Below are positions 61,207 through 64,000 of a stretch of DNA of 64,000 nt, one piece after another. The position numbers and the translations under genes are program-made. This stretch comes from Camelus dromedarius (Eukaryota): the NCBI RefSeq assembly GCF_036321535.1, contig NC_087437.1, forward strand, positions 5,270,001-5,334,000. The letters are read 5' to 3'. The first letter of the stretch is position 1, and each line of letters begins with the position of its first letter. The notes below the pieces were generated by a model. That model was not told the origin of the DNA. It saw only the letters and a list, made by a program, of their open reading frames with translations, and made no database searches.

Positions 61207-63812
61207 AAAGGTAGGCAAAGAGAGACACCCAGGTACACGTGTCTCCTGATAGGACCCAGCATGTGCAACACAGCATCTTCTGGAAGGTATTCTAGTCCTA
61301 AAATGCTGAACGTATCAAGGCCTTAGAACTCAATTCCAGTCTATAGGAGACAGAGGCTGGAGAAATACGCCAACCTGGGGAGGCACTGACCAGACCAGCC
61401 CAGAATGCAGGACACTCTGCAGATAAGAGGTGAGGTTGATTTCAAGCAGTCGGGGTCATGAAGAATGAATGACTCTTGTAGATAAAAGAGAAGGGAGGAT
61501 ATGGTTGCCCTACGCAGTGCCTATTGCTGGGTTGGATTCTGGTTTGGACAACTTGCTGCAAAGGACATCTGTGAAACAGCGGAGAACATCTGAACATGGG
61601 CTGAGGAGAGACAGTACTGCCGGAGGCGGGAGGATTCCTGTGCTAGGAGAGGGGGAGGGGGGACTGAGGGCTGGGGGCTGGGGGGTGAGGGGGGTCCGGA
61701 CAGGGGCCAAGGGCCAGGCCGAGGGAGGGCAGAGCCAGGTGGTGGCACAAAGGCAGAACAAGAGGAAGGCAGGGCAAGGACAGGCCCAGGGGACAAAGGG
61801 AGGTGAGCACAGGGCCAGGAGGGCCGGTGGTGGCCGCAGGGACCCTACAGGCCCAGAAGCCCCCCGAGGTGGGTCTTTAGAAGGTGGGCAGCCAGCTTTG
61901 CCTTACCCTCACCAACTCCTGGTACTGTCCAACCCTCAGCAGCAGCAGAGGGTCCCCTGCCCGGCCGCAGATCCTGGCCTCCATCTCACTGGCTGCAGTG
62001 TCTGTGGGCCCGTCCGTCCTGCTGTCTGACCACCGCCTGGGATCATTTGCCCAGGGCCCGAGACTTCCCTAAGGGTGACCCTGCACCCCATCTCCCTGAG
62101 GGCCACCAGGGACCAGCCCCCTCTACTGGCCTGGCTACCTCTCTTCTCTCCTCCTCATGCCCCCTCTCCCCACCTACATCCTCTTCCTTCTGACCACTCT
62201 TGCCCCTTGCTAGCTGGGACCCGTGGCCATGATGTAATTGTTCTGGGCCTCAGTGTCCACGGCTGGGACACAGGCAGGACCACTGCGCCTACTTTACTGG
62301 GTTGTCGGACCAGATGGTTGCTCAGTGGGAGCCGCTGAGACCCGCACAGGAGCTGCTCCTCACGTGATGCCCCATCATCTCTGCCCCAGGACCCAAGGGC
62401 CGGCCTCCCCACCAGGACCCCTGGTCCCTCTGAAGGGAGGAGCCCCCTGGGGGGCACATGAGCAGAGGTCCTTCCAGGCCCTGAGAGGTCAAGACTGAAA
62501 ATAGAAGATGGAGCCTTTCCTGTATGCTCCAGTCTAACCATCACCTTGTTTATGGGATAAAGTTCTCGTGCGTTTTACGACCCTGTGGAAAACAGTCTGA
62601 AGCACAAATGTCTCTCAGAGTAAAGACGGGTGCTCTTCCAGATGGCAAACAGCTTAAAGATGTGCTTCCCAGCTCTGCCAGGTTGACCTGTAAGGACACT
62701 CATTATCTTACTCAAAATAGGTTCCTTTTATAATGATGATTAGCCGCCTTTTTTTTTTTTTTTTTTTAAATTCTGGGAAAAGAACATATGCATCCCTGGC
62801 CGACGGAAACCAGCTTTTCCAGAGCAGAGACGCCTTAACTCTGTAAGCCTTCCTGCCAGACCGCGCTCTCCGCCCATCGGAAGCAGAAGGGCAAAATCGT
62901 GTTTGGGTTCTGAGTGGGTTTAAATGCATTTCGTTCCGAGAAATTGGCAGAAGTGCCCGGGGCCCGGGGTGTGGGAGGCCCTGCAGTGGGGACGTCCCAG
63001 CCTGAGCGCCGGCTTCACAGCTGCACGTGCCAGGGGAAATTTCATGTTCTGTCTTCAAGGAAGGAAGGCTGGGTTTCATGCAGCTCAAGCCCAGGGAGGG
63101 GAGAACAGCATTTCCAACACTCCAGTCGAGGTGGAAGAAAAACTGCATAAATTATCTGTGTCTCGGGGACTCAGGGTTGGAGAATGGGGTGGGGGGAGGG
63201 GAGGAGGCGATAACACAGCCTTGAATGCCAAAGCCGTAAGGGCCAGAGAGACAATGCAGGGCAGTGTGAAATTTCAGGTTCAAGGTGTCCTCCCCTCGGG
63301 CTCAGGTGGCCCCCGACACACACAGCCAGAAGGAGCCAAAGAGAAAACTTTGCTTTTGAAGCCCCAGTTCTTCCACGGCAGGGAGTGCCTGGGTACCAGT
63401 GCCCAGGGCCCCTCCCTGCTCGGCTCTAAGATGTTAGTATAACTAACCTTCAGGTTCCCAGGGACATAGTTAAAACCTCACACGGTCACAGAGAGCCTCT
63501 CTGGACCCATAAAAGAGGATGCTGTTGCCCAACCTGGAATGGGCGATGGGGTGACCCTGCAGGGAGCAGGAGGTACAGGGCTCCTCCCTGCACCCCCCAC
63601 CCCCCGTCAATGAGCAAGGGCTGTAACAGCTGCTCCAAGTACGTGCCTGGTGTCTGACAGTGCATCTCCAACAGGAGATCCAACAACCCCGGGCTTCAAG
63701 GAACTCTGTGGGCACCAGGGAAGGCCTCCCTGCACCAAGGGAGGTTACGGACCTTGCCGCCAAGAACAGAATCTCCTCTTCCTCGGTTATATCAACGAAA
63801 ATACCTTTTACA

Positions 63813-64000
63813 ACTGCACTGTCCCATACACGCGCCATTCATCTCCCGTGGCTACTGAAATTTAAATGAACATTAAATAAATTAGAAATTAAGCTCCCCC
63901 ATTGGACTAGCCACATCTCCAATGGCCAGCAGCCACTGGTGGCTGGCAGCTACCATACTGGATGGCACAGATACAGAACATTCTCATGGTGATGGCGAGT
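63813..64000. mobile_element. MER3/MER33-like hAT element (runs to window end)
   Basis: ctgcactgtcc...gtggctactga...actagccacat...gccactggtggctggcagctaccatactgga...acagaacatt. Confidence 0.7.

Noticed and set aside
55215..64000. Next upstream RFTN1 exon
   Set aside because: No sequence encoding the expected preceding raftlin segment was recognised; it probably lies beyond the window.
1..64000. CRISPR array, prokaryotic operon, rRNA, NUMT or processed pseudogene
   Set aside because: No regularly spaced repeat-spacer structure, long intronless conserved ORF or recognisable rRNA/mitochondrial sequence seen by eye. A BLAST/Rfam search would be needed to exclude small ncRNAs.

Overview
Mammalian genomic DNA, most likely a camelid: the abundant tRNA-Ala-derived SINE resembles the camelid Vic-1 family (recalled, not searched). 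The window holds the convergent 3' ends of two genes. OXNAD1 (+) contributes its last two coding exons (453-561, 1217-1371). RFTN1/raftlin (-) contributes its last four coding exons (55099-55214, 31189-31292, 29122-29200, 18999-19370), with a poly(A) signal at 18018-18023. All six exons have canonical AG/GT boundaries and join in frame. The rest is intron/intergenic DNA rich in L1 fragments, about 11 tRNA-derived SINEs, MaLR and ERV1 LTRs, hAT and Tigger DNA transposon fossils, L2/MIR relics and microsatellites. Nearly all ORFs in the supplied track are spurious or are L1 fragments. I found no convincing undescribed protein-coding system. The most notable structures are: (1) a TSD-bounded L1 with two different 3' ends duplicated in homologous register; (2) a single L1 insertion joining the ORF1 end directly to the ORF2 end (possibly spliced); (3) a MER41-like solo LTR with GAS and octamer motifs about 1 kb from an RFTN1 exon; (4) candidate cryptic exons on both strands around the RFTN1 poly(A) site. 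Repeat family names are by visual recall, and old-repeat boundaries are approximate.
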